A DNA stretch of 64,000 bases from IMG/VR virus record IMGVR_UViG_3300010413_000011, positions 1 to 64,000 of that record. One strand, 5' to 3'. A program made the translations under genes and the position numbers. Of this stretch, positions 17,823 to 27,935 are shown in pieces; within the stretch, counting starts at the first letter, position 1, and every line of letters starts with the position of its first letter. The DNA comes from a virus. The notes beneath the pieces were generated by a model. The model was not told the origin of the DNA, made no database searches, and worked only from the letters and a program-made list of their open reading frames with translations.

Positions 17823-20800
17823 ATGGGTGCTGGAACATTATCTCTGGGACAACTTCTTGTTAAGATAGGGACGAGTACTGCCGATCTTAATAAGGGGCTC
17901 CAACAATCCACAAAACAAATTCAAGATTGGAGCAAAACAAACCTGGGTACCGCACAACGAGCCGCCGATGGTTGGCTCAGTTTTATGAAAAAAGCAGCGC
18001 TGGGATTGGCAGTAGTAGGTACTGCTGTAGCCGTTCTGGGTGCCCAATTCGAACAATCAGTTCGAACCACCGCTACCATTGCCGGGGGAGGTTTTGCTGA
18101 AATAGAAAAGGCTGCCCGGGAGGTCGGCAGGACTACTGCCTATACAGCGTCTCAGGCAGCCAATGCCATGTATAATCTCGCTTCGGCAGGTCTCTCTGTT
18201 CAACAAGTTACTACTGCTGTTCGACCTGCCGTGTTGTTTGCCGGTGCGGCTGCTGCGACTTTAGAACAGGCAACTCATATCGCAGCTTCCACAATGAAAC
18301 AGTTCGGTCTCGAGGCCGAAGAGGCAGGACGGATCGCGGATGTCTTTTCCCAGGCAATAACAAGTTCTCAATTAAATATCGAACGATTAACCGAAGGTAT
18401 GAAGTTCGCTGGTACTACCGGTGCTGGATTAAGTTGGAGTCTAGAAGAAACCACCGCGGCTTTGGCAGCCTTTGTAGACCTTGGTCTAGAAGGTTCGATG
18501 GCCGGCACCAATCTACGCGGCACAATGAATCAGTTATTGAAACCTACCGATGATGCCAAAAATTCTTTAAAAGGATTAGGTCTTACAATCAAGGATATTA
18601 GTCCAACTACTCATACTTTTGGAGAAATTTTAGAAACTTTAGCTGGAACTTCTTTCGATGCGCAGGACGCGATAGCTTTATTCGGAAAAAGATTCGGATT
18701 AAATATTTTGGCTCTGGTAGACCGAACGAGGCAGGGTACCGTAGATGTAAACGAGTTCACGAAGATGCTACAGAACTCGGCTGGCAGAGCTGAAGCGATG
18801 TACACTGAGATGATGGATACCGTAATGGGATCCTCCAAGATTATGGTCTCGGCTCTCCAGGATTTGGGAATTACTTTATTCAATATGATAAAAGGTCCTT
18901 TAAAGGCTGGACTCGATACCTTTAAAGAATGGGTTGATTCGGTTAATACTTTCATACAGACCAATCCGGCTTTAATCAAAACCCTCGTGGCAGCTACAGC
19001 AGCGACTTTAACGTTCGCTACCACGATAGCTCTTGTGGTGAAATACGGTCCGCTTGTCGTTTCTGCAATTAAGGGAATAGGTATCGCCTTAATGTGGTTG
19101 GCGGCAAATCCGGTCGGGGCTGTAATAGTAGCTGTTGGCCTTTTGATAGCGGCTGCTGTTGCTCTTTATACTGCTTGGAAAACTAATCTAGGTGGTATTC
19201 AGGATAAGTGGGCCACCTTTGTTCAGTGGATCAAAGACCATTCGAAATTAGTAATGGTTGCTCTCCATCTAATCAACATGCCAATCGCTTTACTCATCGA
19301 CGCGATTCTTTTGTTAAAGAGAGCTTGGGAAGAAAATTTCTTAGGAATTCAAGATTCGGTTACGCAGTTTAAGGATTTTCTTGTCGGAGTAGTTTTCCTA
19401 CTTATGATGTGGGCGGATCAAATCGAAGCCAAAATTGGCGAGGTCGTTAATCAACTTGGTTTTTATGCTGACGCGGCTGAAATAATTTTGGACGAAGTAG
19501 TTTCGGCAGCGGTCGACATTTTTAATATACTCAAAGACGGACTAAGCGATTTAATTGGAGCTGTAGGAAATTTCGTTTCAGTTCTGGTTGAGACGGTCGG
19601 AAAAGCATGGGACGCGATCAAATCGGCACTTCGTCTCGACGAAATGAGTACAGCTTTCCAAGTTCTGTTCGAATCTTTAGTAACTATTGTAACGAGTAGT
19701 TTCAATTCAGTTGTTAATAAAGTACGCGAATTCGTTGGTAAAGTTCAAGGTTTGATACAAGGCTGGGTTGACGAGTCGAAAAAATCCGTCGAAGGTATGT
19801 GGGACGGAATGATTTCGGCAGCACGAGCAGCTGGCGAAGCCTTAACTACTGTACTTAGTAATTGGGGTCGTTCAATTTGGGACTTCGTTAATAATGTTTG
19901 GAATGTAGCGGTTGGAGGCATGAAGGCCGTTGTTGGTCGAGTCTTCAATGCTATTAATAGTACTTTCGGAAAATGGATAAATGGAATCATTACGACTGCT
20001 AAAAGATTGTTTAATGCTCTCTTAAATATGTTGAGCGAGTTTCTGAGACCGATCACTTCTGCCTTTGGGGGAATCAGTGATATTATTGGAGATACTTTTA
20101 GTAGTGTCGTTGCTCGAGTTTCGGCAGGAGTTGAGGCTGCTAAGGCCCGGATTGCTGATTTAGGAGTTGCAGTTACTACGAGTGAATCTGATACGACAGC
20201 TTCTGTTGCTCAAGGAGAAAAAGATAAAACAGATATAACTAAAAAGAATATAAAGGATCGAAGTGATGCGAAAGATAAGGGTGGCGAAGATGATGCTGCC
20301 AAAGAGGAAGAACAGAGACAGAAATTATTTGAGCAGAGACGAACAGCTAATTTAGATGAATTGGCTAAACTCGAAGAACAAAAGGCTAAAGAGCTTGCGA
20401 TGTTCGAAGAGTCAGATGCGAGACGACTTGAAATTTTGAGATATTGGGATGAACAAATTGCTGCATATAAAGAAGAAAAGGCAGCTAAGGAGGATGAGGA
20501 AAGACAAACTGCTTACGAAAAAGCAGAGAACGATTTGTTGACCGATCTTGAAAGGGCTCAACGGCAAAAGGAAGCTGAGTTGGGAATCTTCAACGACGGT
20601 GATGCCCGCATCGCTACTGTGTCAGCCTATTGGGAAAAAACAATATCTGATATTAAATATAAGAATGCAATGCAGAGACTCGCAACAGCGAAATCTATAG
20701 CAGGAAGTCTTGGTAAGTTGTTTGGTCTAGGGGTCCAGGATCAAGCGAAGGTAATGATACCGTTTGAGATTGCTGAAGCGACAAAAGAATTCGCTCGGTT

Positions 20801-21164
20801 TTTAGGAACTCGAGATCCCGCAGCACTCGCGTCGTCTTTGAAGCATGCTCTGGCTGCTAAGCAATATGGCGAGGCTGCCTCGAGTGCTGGTAAATCGACT
20901 GGCGCTGGAGGTATTGGGGCGATCGCTGCGCCGCCGGCAGCCGCCGCCGCGCCGGCCGGTCCCCCTGCCGCCGCTCTCCCGCCGGCTGCGCCCATCCCTG
21001 GTGCGGCGCCTGAGACGGAGGCAGAAAAAGGAAAAACATTTATAACGGTTAATGTTGCTCCGGGAGTCGAATTGGATCGATATGCGTTCGCAAGGGATCT
21101 GGTTGGCGTCATCAATGAAAATACGGCAGACGACGTTGTTTTAGATGTAGTACCTGTGAGTTAA
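17823..21164 (+). CDS. Tape measure protein (TP901-type)
   Basis: YTASQAANAMYNLASAG and GSMAGTNLR core, W/F-periodic amphipathic repeats, 1113 aa. Confidence 0.93.
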   Translation: MGAGTLSLGQLLVKIGTSTADLNKGLQQSTKQIQDWSKTNLGTAQRAADGWLSFMKKAALGLAVVGTAVAVLGAQFEQSVRTTATIAGGGFAEIEKAAREVGRTTAYTASQAANAMYNLASAGLSVQQVTTAVRPAVLFAGAAAATLEQATHIAASTMKQFGLEAEEAGRIADVFSQAITSSQLNIERLTEGMKFAGTTGAGLSWSLEETTAALAAFVDLGLEGSMAGTNLRGTMNQLLKPTDDAKNSLKGLGLTIKDISPTTHTFGEILETLAGTSFDAQDAIALFGKRFGLNILALVDRTRQGTVDVNEFTKMLQNSAGRAEAMYTEMMDTVMGSSKIMVSALQDLGITLFNMIKGPLKAGLDTFKEWVDSVNTFIQTNPALIKTLVAATAATLTFATTIALVVKYGPLVVSAIKGIGIALMWLAANPVGAVIVAVGLLIAAAVALYTAWKTNLGGIQDKWATFVQWIKDHSKLVMVALHLINMPIALLIDAILLLKRAWEENFLGIQDSVTQFKDFLVGVVFLLMMWADQIEAKIGEVVNQLGFYADAAEIILDEVVSAAVDIFNILKDGLSDLIGAVGNFVSVLVETVGKAWDAIKSALRLDEMSTAFQVLFESLVTIVTSSFNSVVNKVREFVGKVQGLIQGWVDESKKSVEGMWDGMISAARAAGEALTTVLSNWGRSIWDFVNNVWNVAVGGMKAVVGRVFNAINSTFGKWINGIITTAKRLFNALLNMLSEFLRPITSAFGGISDIIGDTFSSVVARVSAGVEAAKARIADLGVAVTTSESDTTASVAQGEKDKTDITKKNIKDRSDAKDKGGEDDAAKEEEQRQKLFEQRRTANLDELAKLEEQKAKELAMFEESDARRLEILRYWDEQIAAYKEEKAAKEDEERQTAYEKAENDLLTDLERAQRQKEAELGIFNDGDARIATVSAYWEKTISDIKYKNAMQRLATAKSIAGSLGKLFGLGVQDQAKVMIPFEIAEATKEFARFLGTRDPAALASSLKHALAAKQYGEAASSAGKSTGAGGIGAIAAPPAAAAAPAGPPAAALPPAAPIPGAAPETEAEKGKTFITVNVAPGVELDRYAFARDLVGVINENTADDVVLDVVPVS

Positions 21165-21182
21165 AAAGTGGGAGAGGAATGA

Positions 21183-21968
21183 TTGGCTCAAGATTATCCC
21201 ATAATTGCTCCGGCCTTAAATCTTCTAGTCCATGAGGACGTCACCGTCACTCATTCAGTAGACGATTCTTCTTTTCCTTTTTCGAACTTATTAGATCCCC
21301 GAGCACCACTTCAATGGAAAAGTTCTGCGGCTGGTGATCTTTTTATTAAATTTGATCTCACTGGATATCCAGGTGGCGACGAAACTGTCACGGTATGGGG
21401 AATTGTTCGCCATGATCTGTACACTCAGGGTGCGACTATTAAACTTCAATATTCGACTGACGATATTTCGTACTTCGATATCGATTCAGTTACTCCTATT
21501 TCGAATCGTCTTTTTCTCAGAAAAGTCGATAGCGGAGGGGATAAGGCTTATTATAAGATATTAATACCATCCGGTTACACCAGTCAACCGAAAATTGGTC
21601 ATCTTGTGGTCGGCCAGTTTTTACTCATACCTAGGTTTCCCGAAGACGGATTCGATCCGTATAAAAGAGTCGAAGTAGATCGATACTTTTCTCCCAAATC
21701 GGGAGAGATTACGAGGCGAAGTGTTGTTTATCGAGATTTGAAATTAACACCAGTTTTTCCTTTTCTTCAAGAAGCGTTTATCAATTCATGGAAAAACTGG
21801 TTCGATGAATGGGGACTCAAACCTTTTTGGTTTTTATGGGACCCTGGTGACCACCCAAATGATGCGGTTTATGTCGAATTAGATTCATCTTGGAACGATA
21901 AACAGCCTCTTGGAAGTGGTGCCGATTTACGAACCTTAACGTTGAATATGAATGGTAAATACGAATGA
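21183..21968 (+). CDS. Distal tail/baseplate protein with discoidin-like domain (paralogue 1)
   Basis: Follows the tape measure; LQYSTD..YYKI; shares PED.FDP and PF.FLWDP.DHP with the next gene. Confidence 0.6.
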   Translation: MAQDYPIIAPALNLLVHEDVTVTHSVDDSSFPFSNLLDPRAPLQWKSSAAGDLFIKFDLTGYPGGDETVTVWGIVRHDLYTQGATIKLQYSTDDISYFDIDSVTPISNRLFLRKVDSGGDKAYYKILIPSGYTSQPKIGHLVVGQFLLIPRFPEDGFDPYKRVEVDRYFSPKSGEITRRSVVYRDLKLTPVFPFLQEAFINSWKNWFDEWGLKPFWFLWDPGDHPNDAVYVELDSSWNDKQPLGSGADLRTLTLNMNGKYE

Positions 21969-22741
21969 GAACTCAACCATTTATAACTGTCTTCAATGCG
22001 TTCTGGGACACTACGAATTTCGATACCGATAGTTCCACAGACGGAGCAGTGGGATATCCTATCGAAAATTCGCGGGATCCTAGGCGATACACTATTTGGA
22101 AAAACGGATTATTCCCAAGCGGAGGGGCGGAATTAATCGTCGAATATACCGGCGGTAGTTCAGTTGATCCTCCTTTTACTGCTTGGGGATTAGCCCAACA
22201 TAATTGTTCCGGAGAGTTAGTTCGGTTGTATGGAAGCACTAACGGTACAGTTTGGAACTTATTAGACAGTTACACTCCTCCTAATGGAGATGCTTTTTTA
22301 AGAATTTTGACAGCTAGTTCTTCCTACAAATATCATTCGATTAAATTTCCGGACGCCTTTGAGGCAAAGATAGGAATTCCTTTTGTTGGTCGACATTTGA
22401 AGATGGAAAGATATCCCGAAGACGATTTTGATCCTAAAGGAAGAAAATTGGAAATTAAAAGTTCGAGAAGTAGAACTGGTGAATTATTAGGAAAAGTTTT
22501 GATTCATAAACAAAATCAAATGACTTTGACTTTCAACTATTTAGGTGAAACTTTTATGGAATCGGTAGGAGTTGATTGGTGGGACGAATATGGTTTCTTT
22601 CCTTTCTTTTTTCTGTGGGATCCAACTGACCACCCTCTAGAAGTGTTATATGCGGCGTTAGATCCAGAGAAGGGACTCGAGGCACCAATCGGTCCAGCCG
22701 CACTAAGGGTAATAACTTTTGACATAAGAGGTCGAGTTTAA
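21965..22741 (+). CDS. Distal tail/baseplate protein with discoidin-like domain (paralogue 2)
   Basis: LYGSTNGTVW..YKYHSI; RYPEDDFDP; PFFFLWDPTDHP. Confidence 0.6.
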   Translation: MRTQPFITVFNAFWDTTNFDTDSSTDGAVGYPIENSRDPRRYTIWKNGLFPSGGAELIVEYTGGSSVDPPFTAWGLAQHNCSGELVRLYGSTNGTVWNLLDSYTPPNGDAFLRILTASSSYKYHSIKFPDAFEAKIGIPFVGRHLKMERYPEDDFDPKGRKLEIKSSRSRTGELLGKVLIHKQNQMTLTFNYLGETFMESVGVDWWDEYGFFPFFFLWDPTDHPLEVLYAALDPEKGLEAPIGPAALRVITFDIRGRV

Positions 22742-22744
22742 ATA

Positions 22745-25729
22745 ATGTCTTATGATTCAGAAATAAAAAGTTTTGATAGAGAAGTTCAATATGCAATTAA
22801 CGTTTGTTTGGACCATTGTGCCAACTATTATGGCGTTTCTCCTTGTACTGCCTCCGGTTCTCCTTATTGCTACTACACTAGATATACTTGCCAAGATCCT
22901 GCTAACTTCATTAAAACGGATAAGGTTTTCAGATTCTGTTTAAATGAAGGAACTCCCATTGAAGATCATTTTCCACTTGTCGAAACGATAACAGACGTAC
23001 CTTCTGAAATTGATGAAAAGAATTTTGTTACTCGTCGTGCTCGAGTAACAATTCAAATGATAGACGATTTTCCTTTACCTTTGGCAAATGCTGATAAAAT
23101 TTTACCAATAATTAATCAACCTTCGTTTGGAAATAAAACTCTGGTATACTCAAACTCACCTAGTTTAGTGGATCGACCGGCTTTGTTACAACTAACAAAC
23201 GGCGATATACTTTGTTTTTTCGACGAAAGTGCCAATGTATATTGTGTTAAATCCATAGATGGGGGTGTTTCGTGGGGAAGTAGAGTAACGGTATATGCTG
23301 GGGCGAGTTTTGATATAACCGTTTCCGTAATTCAATTAAATAATGGTGACATACTTTGTGCTTTTGCTACTGACGAAGACGATTCGATTTTTAAATATGA
23401 TATTAAAACAGTAAAATCAACAGACGGAGGTTCCTCATGGGGAAGTAAAACCATCGTTTATGCTGCTGCTGGTAAAATTAATATTTGGCCTTCAATAATT
23501 AAGACTAGTGATGGAGATTTGCTTTGCGCATTCTCGACAGACGAAGACGGTTCGGTTACTAATATAAAAATGGTCAGGTCTCTAGACGGAGGTTCGTCGT
23601 GGAGCAATAAGGTGACCATATATCCCGGCACGGCTTCTTTCGCAGCGAACACACCTTATTTATTCGAACTACCAAGTAAGAAAATACTTTGCGCCTTCTC
23701 TACATCGGAAGATACTTATCCCTATTATGCAATTAAACAAGTCGAATCTTCGGATCACGGATGGACTTGGTCAAATACAATCGTCTTGTTAACATCGCCT
23801 TCAGCATCTTATCAAAGACCGATCATTACTTATAATCATCAATTATCTAGTCTACTTTGTTTTTTCGGAACTAGTGAGGCTGGGAATTTTGATATAAAAG
23901 TTATTGAGTCCAGCGATTTCGGTAGTTCTTGGGGTTCAACTAAAACAATTGTGTATGCTTCTGCCACGACCGACACTAACCCAGGTGCTATTCTGAAAAC
24001 TGATGATAAAATTCTTTGTGCGTTTGCTACTGTTGAAGACACTTATTGGGCTATTAAAACCGTCGAGCGAGACTCATTCACAATAACCGGTTACACTAAT
24101 TACAGTAATACAGAAACCGACGGAACTTTCTTTAGAAATCTAATCGCAAGATTTCCATATTTTAAAGGCAGACTTGTCGAAATAAAACAAGGCTTCGAAG
24201 GATTAGATTTATCTGAATTCCGAACTATATTTTATGGAATAATCGATAATATTGAAATAGATAAAAATGGTAAGGTTAAAATAGTAGCCAAGGACCAATT
24301 TTCAGCTTTACAACAAAAAGTGCCTAATATTTCCTCTACCGACAATAAATTAACCCAAACTTATAACGGCGGAACCAATATGTATGTAACGAACGCCGAC
24401 AAATTTCAGGACCCTTCTGATTATCCAGATGGATTAGCAGTAGTTCAAATCGAACAAGAATTAATAACTTATACTGGTAAGGATTTGGCAGGGAATAGAT
24501 TGACCGGTTGTATCGGAGGTCAATATGGTACGTCGTCTGTTTCGCATAATATTGGGGAAACTATTAAACAAGCAGTTTCGTTTACTACTTTAGCGGCCGG
24601 CGACAATATAGTGCCTACCATCATTTACATGGATTTACTTTGTTGGTGGGGACAAATAGATCCAACCCTTTTATATTATCCGGATATCAGCACTACTTTA
24701 ACTAGTTTGATCTCAGATTCTGCTACGACGATTCCTGTTTCCTCTGTGGCTTATTTATCAGACTCAGGGGGTATCGTTAAAATAGAAGGCGCTGGAGCAA
24801 ACGAAGATGAACTAATCGAATACGGAGGTCTTTCGGGTAGTAGTTTAATAAATTGTAAGAGAGGAAGATATGGAACGACTCCTGCTTATCATGAAACTGG
24901 GGCTGGAGTCAGACCTCCTTCGATAGGTTTGGAATTAGACCGGTGGATGACAGGAACTGCTTATGCTAGAACCTTAACGTCTCCACAGACGGTAAGTCAA
25001 TTGTTAAATGAGTTTAGAGGACAGACTTTAGTTTCACTTTGGCACGGAGAGGATTCCTTAATTCGAGGAAAAGTCATGGCTCCTCCTTGGTTCGAAAATC
25101 CTCCGTACGAGTTAGACGACGAAAGTGGACTTATCGACGATTCGGTTGATATCGATTATAACGAAGAAAGTAGAATTTCTCGAGTCTTTGTTCATTTCAA
25201 ACCTAATTCAGACAATCCCGGAAAGGATCCTGATAAATTCGATGATCTCTATGTAGCTGTTGACAACGAAACTGAGGACAAAAATTTCTACGGCGAAGTT
25301 GTCCCTAGAACTATCTTTGCAACTTTTATTAATAGAGAAATTGAAGCACGAGTATTAGGTGCTCGGTTATTGGCCAGATTCAGATTGGGAACGAAAAAAG
25401 TTAAAGGTAGCGTCGAACTTAAAGATTACGAATTAACAACTGGAGACTTTATTTACATCACAACTCGAGATATTTTAAATGTGAATGGGACTCCGAAGAA
25501 AGTTTTGTATGAAATTTTGAAGAAAGGTTACAAAAAGAAAAACGAATATGAACTTCTGTTTCTGGACACATCAATCGTCAGACGATATCCAGTTATTTCC
25601 CCTACTACGATAACCTACGATTACGATAGTGCCTCTGAGAATGAGCAATCTAGATATGGATGGGTTGGCGACTCTGACAATCTAGTCGGAACGGCACCAA
25701 ATAAAGTGGATGGATATTATATAATTTAA
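22745..25729 (+). CDS. Tail tip/hub protein with an inserted BNR (Asp-box) beta-propeller
   Basis: Cys-rich N-terminus and GTFFRNLIARFPY motif; five SxDxGxxW Asp boxes. Confidence 0.78.
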   Translation: MSYDSEIKSFDREVQYAINVCLDHCANYYGVSPCTASGSPYCYYTRYTCQDPANFIKTDKVFRFCLNEGTPIEDHFPLVETITDVPSEIDEKNFVTRRARVTIQMIDDFPLPLANADKILPIINQPSFGNKTLVYSNSPSLVDRPALLQLTNGDILCFFDESANVYCVKSIDGGVSWGSRVTVYAGASFDITVSVIQLNNGDILCAFATDEDDSIFKYDIKTVKSTDGGSSWGSKTIVYAAAGKINIWPSIIKTSDGDLLCAFSTDEDGSVTNIKMVRSLDGGSSWSNKVTIYPGTASFAANTPYLFELPSKKILCAFSTSEDTYPYYAIKQVESSDHGWTWSNTIVLLTSPSASYQRPIITYNHQLSSLLCFFGTSEAGNFDIKVIESSDFGSSWGSTKTIVYASATTDTNPGAILKTDDKILCAFATVEDTYWAIKTVERDSFTITGYTNYSNTETDGTFFRNLIARFPYFKGRLVEIKQGFEGLDLSEFRTIFYGIIDNIEIDKNGKVKIVAKDQFSALQQKVPNISSTDNKLTQTYNGGTNMYVTNADKFQDPSDYPDGLAVVQIEQELITYTGKDLAGNRLTGCIGGQYGTSSVSHNIGETIKQAVSFTTLAAGDNIVPTIIYMDLLCWWGQIDPTLLYYPDISTTLTSLISDSATTIPVSSVAYLSDSGGIVKIEGAGANEDELIEYGGLSGSSLINCKRGRYGTTPAYHETGAGVRPPSIGLELDRWMTGTAYARTLTSPQTVSQLLNEFRGQTLVSLWHGEDSLIRGKVMAPPWFENPPYELDDESGLIDDSVDIDYNEESRISRVFVHFKPNSDNPGKDPDKFDDLYVAVDNETEDKNFYGEVVPRTIFATFINREIEARVLGARLLARFRLGTKKVKGSVELKDYELTTGDFIYITTRDILNVNGTPKKVLYEILKKGYKKKNEYELLFLDTSIVRRYPVISPTTITYDYDSASENEQSRYGWVGDSDNLVGTAPNKVDGYYII

Positions 25730-25741
25730 GGAGGGATAAAT

Positions 25742-26614
25742 ATGGCTTTTGTTCAAATATTACCAGGTGAAACTGATGCTAATAGTCCTTTAAATCAAAC
25801 TTTATTCGATAAATTAAGAGGTAACCAAGATTATTTTTACTATGATCGGTTAGGAGCATCAGGTCATAATCACAATGGAACACTGCCTAACGGGCCTCAA
25901 TTAACATCAGCAGCCTATGGCGCGGGATCGGTCGACCAGCCTGCGATCGGTGCGTCCGCGGTTGGTCTTGGACAAATGAAAGTCACATTTGGAGATATGA
26001 CATTAACTACCGCCGGTGGTGCGCCCGTTAATCAACAGTTCCGATTTGGTTATAATTTTTTACCTTTTTGGCCCGGCAATTTCATTCAAAATGTTGCGAC
26101 CGCGTCCGCCCATTACGTTCGAGTTATGGAAAACAATCCCGCTGACCCCACCGGTAGTACGCCACCGGGCGTGTTTAGCAGTATTTATAACTTCGTTTGG
26201 ATGCAATTCACATCCTCTGGCGGGAATGCTTTTACTTCAAGATTTTATTACATTCAGGCCACCCGAAACGATCCTACGGTTTTTCTGCTTTATGAGAAAG
26301 CTACTAATAGGATCGTGGCTGCAATGTTCATGGCAGAGGTCAAGACTAAAGATGATCTTCACCCGTTTCCATATCACTGGAACGATCCCACCCACGAATG
26401 TGTCGCACTCGAACTGAACCGGAGTGACGCTTTGAGGACTCATTTATTTTTCGACAATTTAAGGGAAAAACCAGTCACGGTTTCAATTATCGATCTTATA
26501 AAGGAAGGGAAGATAGTGCTTAAAAATGAAGCCGAACCAATTGTACCTGCAGAATTCGGTATTCCTTTACACGGTCCGAACCTTAAAAATTTGAATTTCG
26601 ATTATCTTTCGTAA
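25742..26614 (+). CDS. Tail fibre/receptor-binding-associated protein
   Basis: ETDANSPLNQTLFDKLRGN N-terminus and GHNHNG; last gene of the tail block. Confidence 0.55.
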   Translation: MAFVQILPGETDANSPLNQTLFDKLRGNQDYFYYDRLGASGHNHNGTLPNGPQLTSAAYGAGSVDQPAIGASAVGLGQMKVTFGDMTLTTAGGAPVNQQFRFGYNFLPFWPGNFIQNVATASAHYVRVMENNPADPTGSTPPGVFSSIYNFVWMQFTSSGGNAFTSRFYYIQATRNDPTVFLLYEKATNRIVAAMFMAEVKTKDDLHPFPYHWNDPTHECVALELNRSDALRTHLFFDNLREKPVTVSIIDLIKEGKIVLKNEAEPIVPAEFGIPLHGPNLKNLNFDYLS

Positions 26615-26673
26615 AGAATAATTTCGATTATAGAGAAAATTTAAAAGAAAGATTTCGTTTAAAGGAGGTTAAA

Positions 26674-27675
26674 ATGAATCCGACAATTATTTGCGGAGAA
26701 AAGCTATCAGATCCCACTCTCCTTTCAGTTGTGAGAGAAATCCAAGAGAAACTCTGGGACGTGGGAAGTGTTGGTCCGGATAATCCTTTTTGGACATCCA
26801 AAGTCGCACTTCGCGCAGGGATAACAAATCCCGAAGATCCGAGAGCAAAAGAATTTTGGGTCGACGGTGACCCGGGCGCCTGGACAAAAGAAGCAGTGAT
26901 CCATTTCCAACTTCGTCATATTGGTCCGAATAAAATTCCTCTCGATGAAACCGAAAAATTGGGAACCGTGGGAGAAGAAACCTGGTGGGCTCTGGAGCAT
27001 TGTGAAGGAGATTCACAACATCAATGGATCCCTGCGGTGGGTTTAGTGTCTAAAGGCTTGGGTCAAGCGATCGTCGAAGTTTGGGAACATTATATTAATA
27101 AAGGTCTCATCGAAATTCCTTTGGGATCCAATCGAGGACCAGTTATTGAAGGACTCGATCCCAAAAACGAAGGTGGTATCGATGTTTGGACTGGGTACAA
27201 AGGCAAGGCAAGTTCAATCAAGGGGCCTGCCTGGTGCTGTTGGTCTCGAACTGGTATTGAAAGGGAAACGGCATTGATCGTTCTCGGAAAAGATTTGTAT
27301 TTCCAGGGTCACACAGGTCTTTGTTATGCCAATTATCAATGGGGAAAGAAAAAAGGATACTTTGCGACTAAGGACGATGTCATAACTGGTCGAGCCAAAC
27401 TTCCTGTTGGTGCCGCGATGATAATGAATTACGGGGGAACTCGAGGCCATACAGGAACGGTGGCCGGTATCAAATATCAGGGAGACTTACCCGTTCAAAT
27501 CGAAACTCGAGAAGGGAACATCTCCGATCGAGGCGGTCGCCGAATCAGAAGTCTAAAGGCAGACTCAATCAAATGGTTCATCATTTCACCCGAGATAACC
27601 AGCAACAATCCCGACTACATAGGAACCTTTAACACCGGAAGAAAAGTTTCGAGCGAAACCGAAAAAACTAGCTAG
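26674..27675 (+). CDS. Endolysin: peptidoglycan-binding domain + CHAP domain
   Basis: VDGDPGAWTKEAVIHFQ..GTVGEETW (PG-binding); PAWCC..GHTG..ETREGN (CHAP). Confidence 0.8.
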   Translation: MNPTIICGEKLSDPTLLSVVREIQEKLWDVGSVGPDNPFWTSKVALRAGITNPEDPRAKEFWVDGDPGAWTKEAVIHFQLRHIGPNKIPLDETEKLGTVGEETWWALEHCEGDSQHQWIPAVGLVSKGLGQAIVEVWEHYINKGLIEIPLGSNRGPVIEGLDPKNEGGIDVWTGYKGKASSIKGPAWCCWSRTGIERETALIVLGKDLYFQGHTGLCYANYQWGKKKGYFATKDDVITGRAKLPVGAAMIMNYGGTRGHTGTVAGIKYQGDLPVQIETREGNISDRGGRRIRSLKADSIKWFIISPEITSNNPDYIGTFNTGRKVSSETEKTS

Positions 27676-27683
27676 GAGGAAAA

Positions 27684-27935
27684 ATGAAAATCCCAAAATT
27701 TCTTCGAAATGGAAAATTCTCCAATACGACTTTGATGTTTTGGATCGTATTGCTGAATACAGTCGTTCTCACAAATGCCACGTGGTGGTTCGCCGTAATT
27801 CGAGGAAGTGAGATGGTGATGGGGGGACTCACAGCCTTGGTTACTCTGATTGGAGTTCCTTTAGCGGCAGTTGGAACTTTTTATCAAGTGTCGAAGTATC
27901 AAGACAACAAACAGACAAATGGTGATGAATCATGA
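27684..27935 (+). CDS. Holin (2 TM)
   Basis: Two hydrophobic segments, charged C-terminus, directly after the endolysin. Confidence 0.7.
   Translation: MKIPKFLRNGKFSNTTLMFWIVLLNTVVLTNATWWFAVIRGSEMVMGGLTALVTLIGVPLAAVGTFYQVSKYQDNKQTNGDES

Noticed and set aside
22745-26614. Diversity-generating retroelement targeting tail genes
   Set aside because: No reverse transcriptase and no adenine-specific TR/VR pair seen; the repeats are protein propeller blades.
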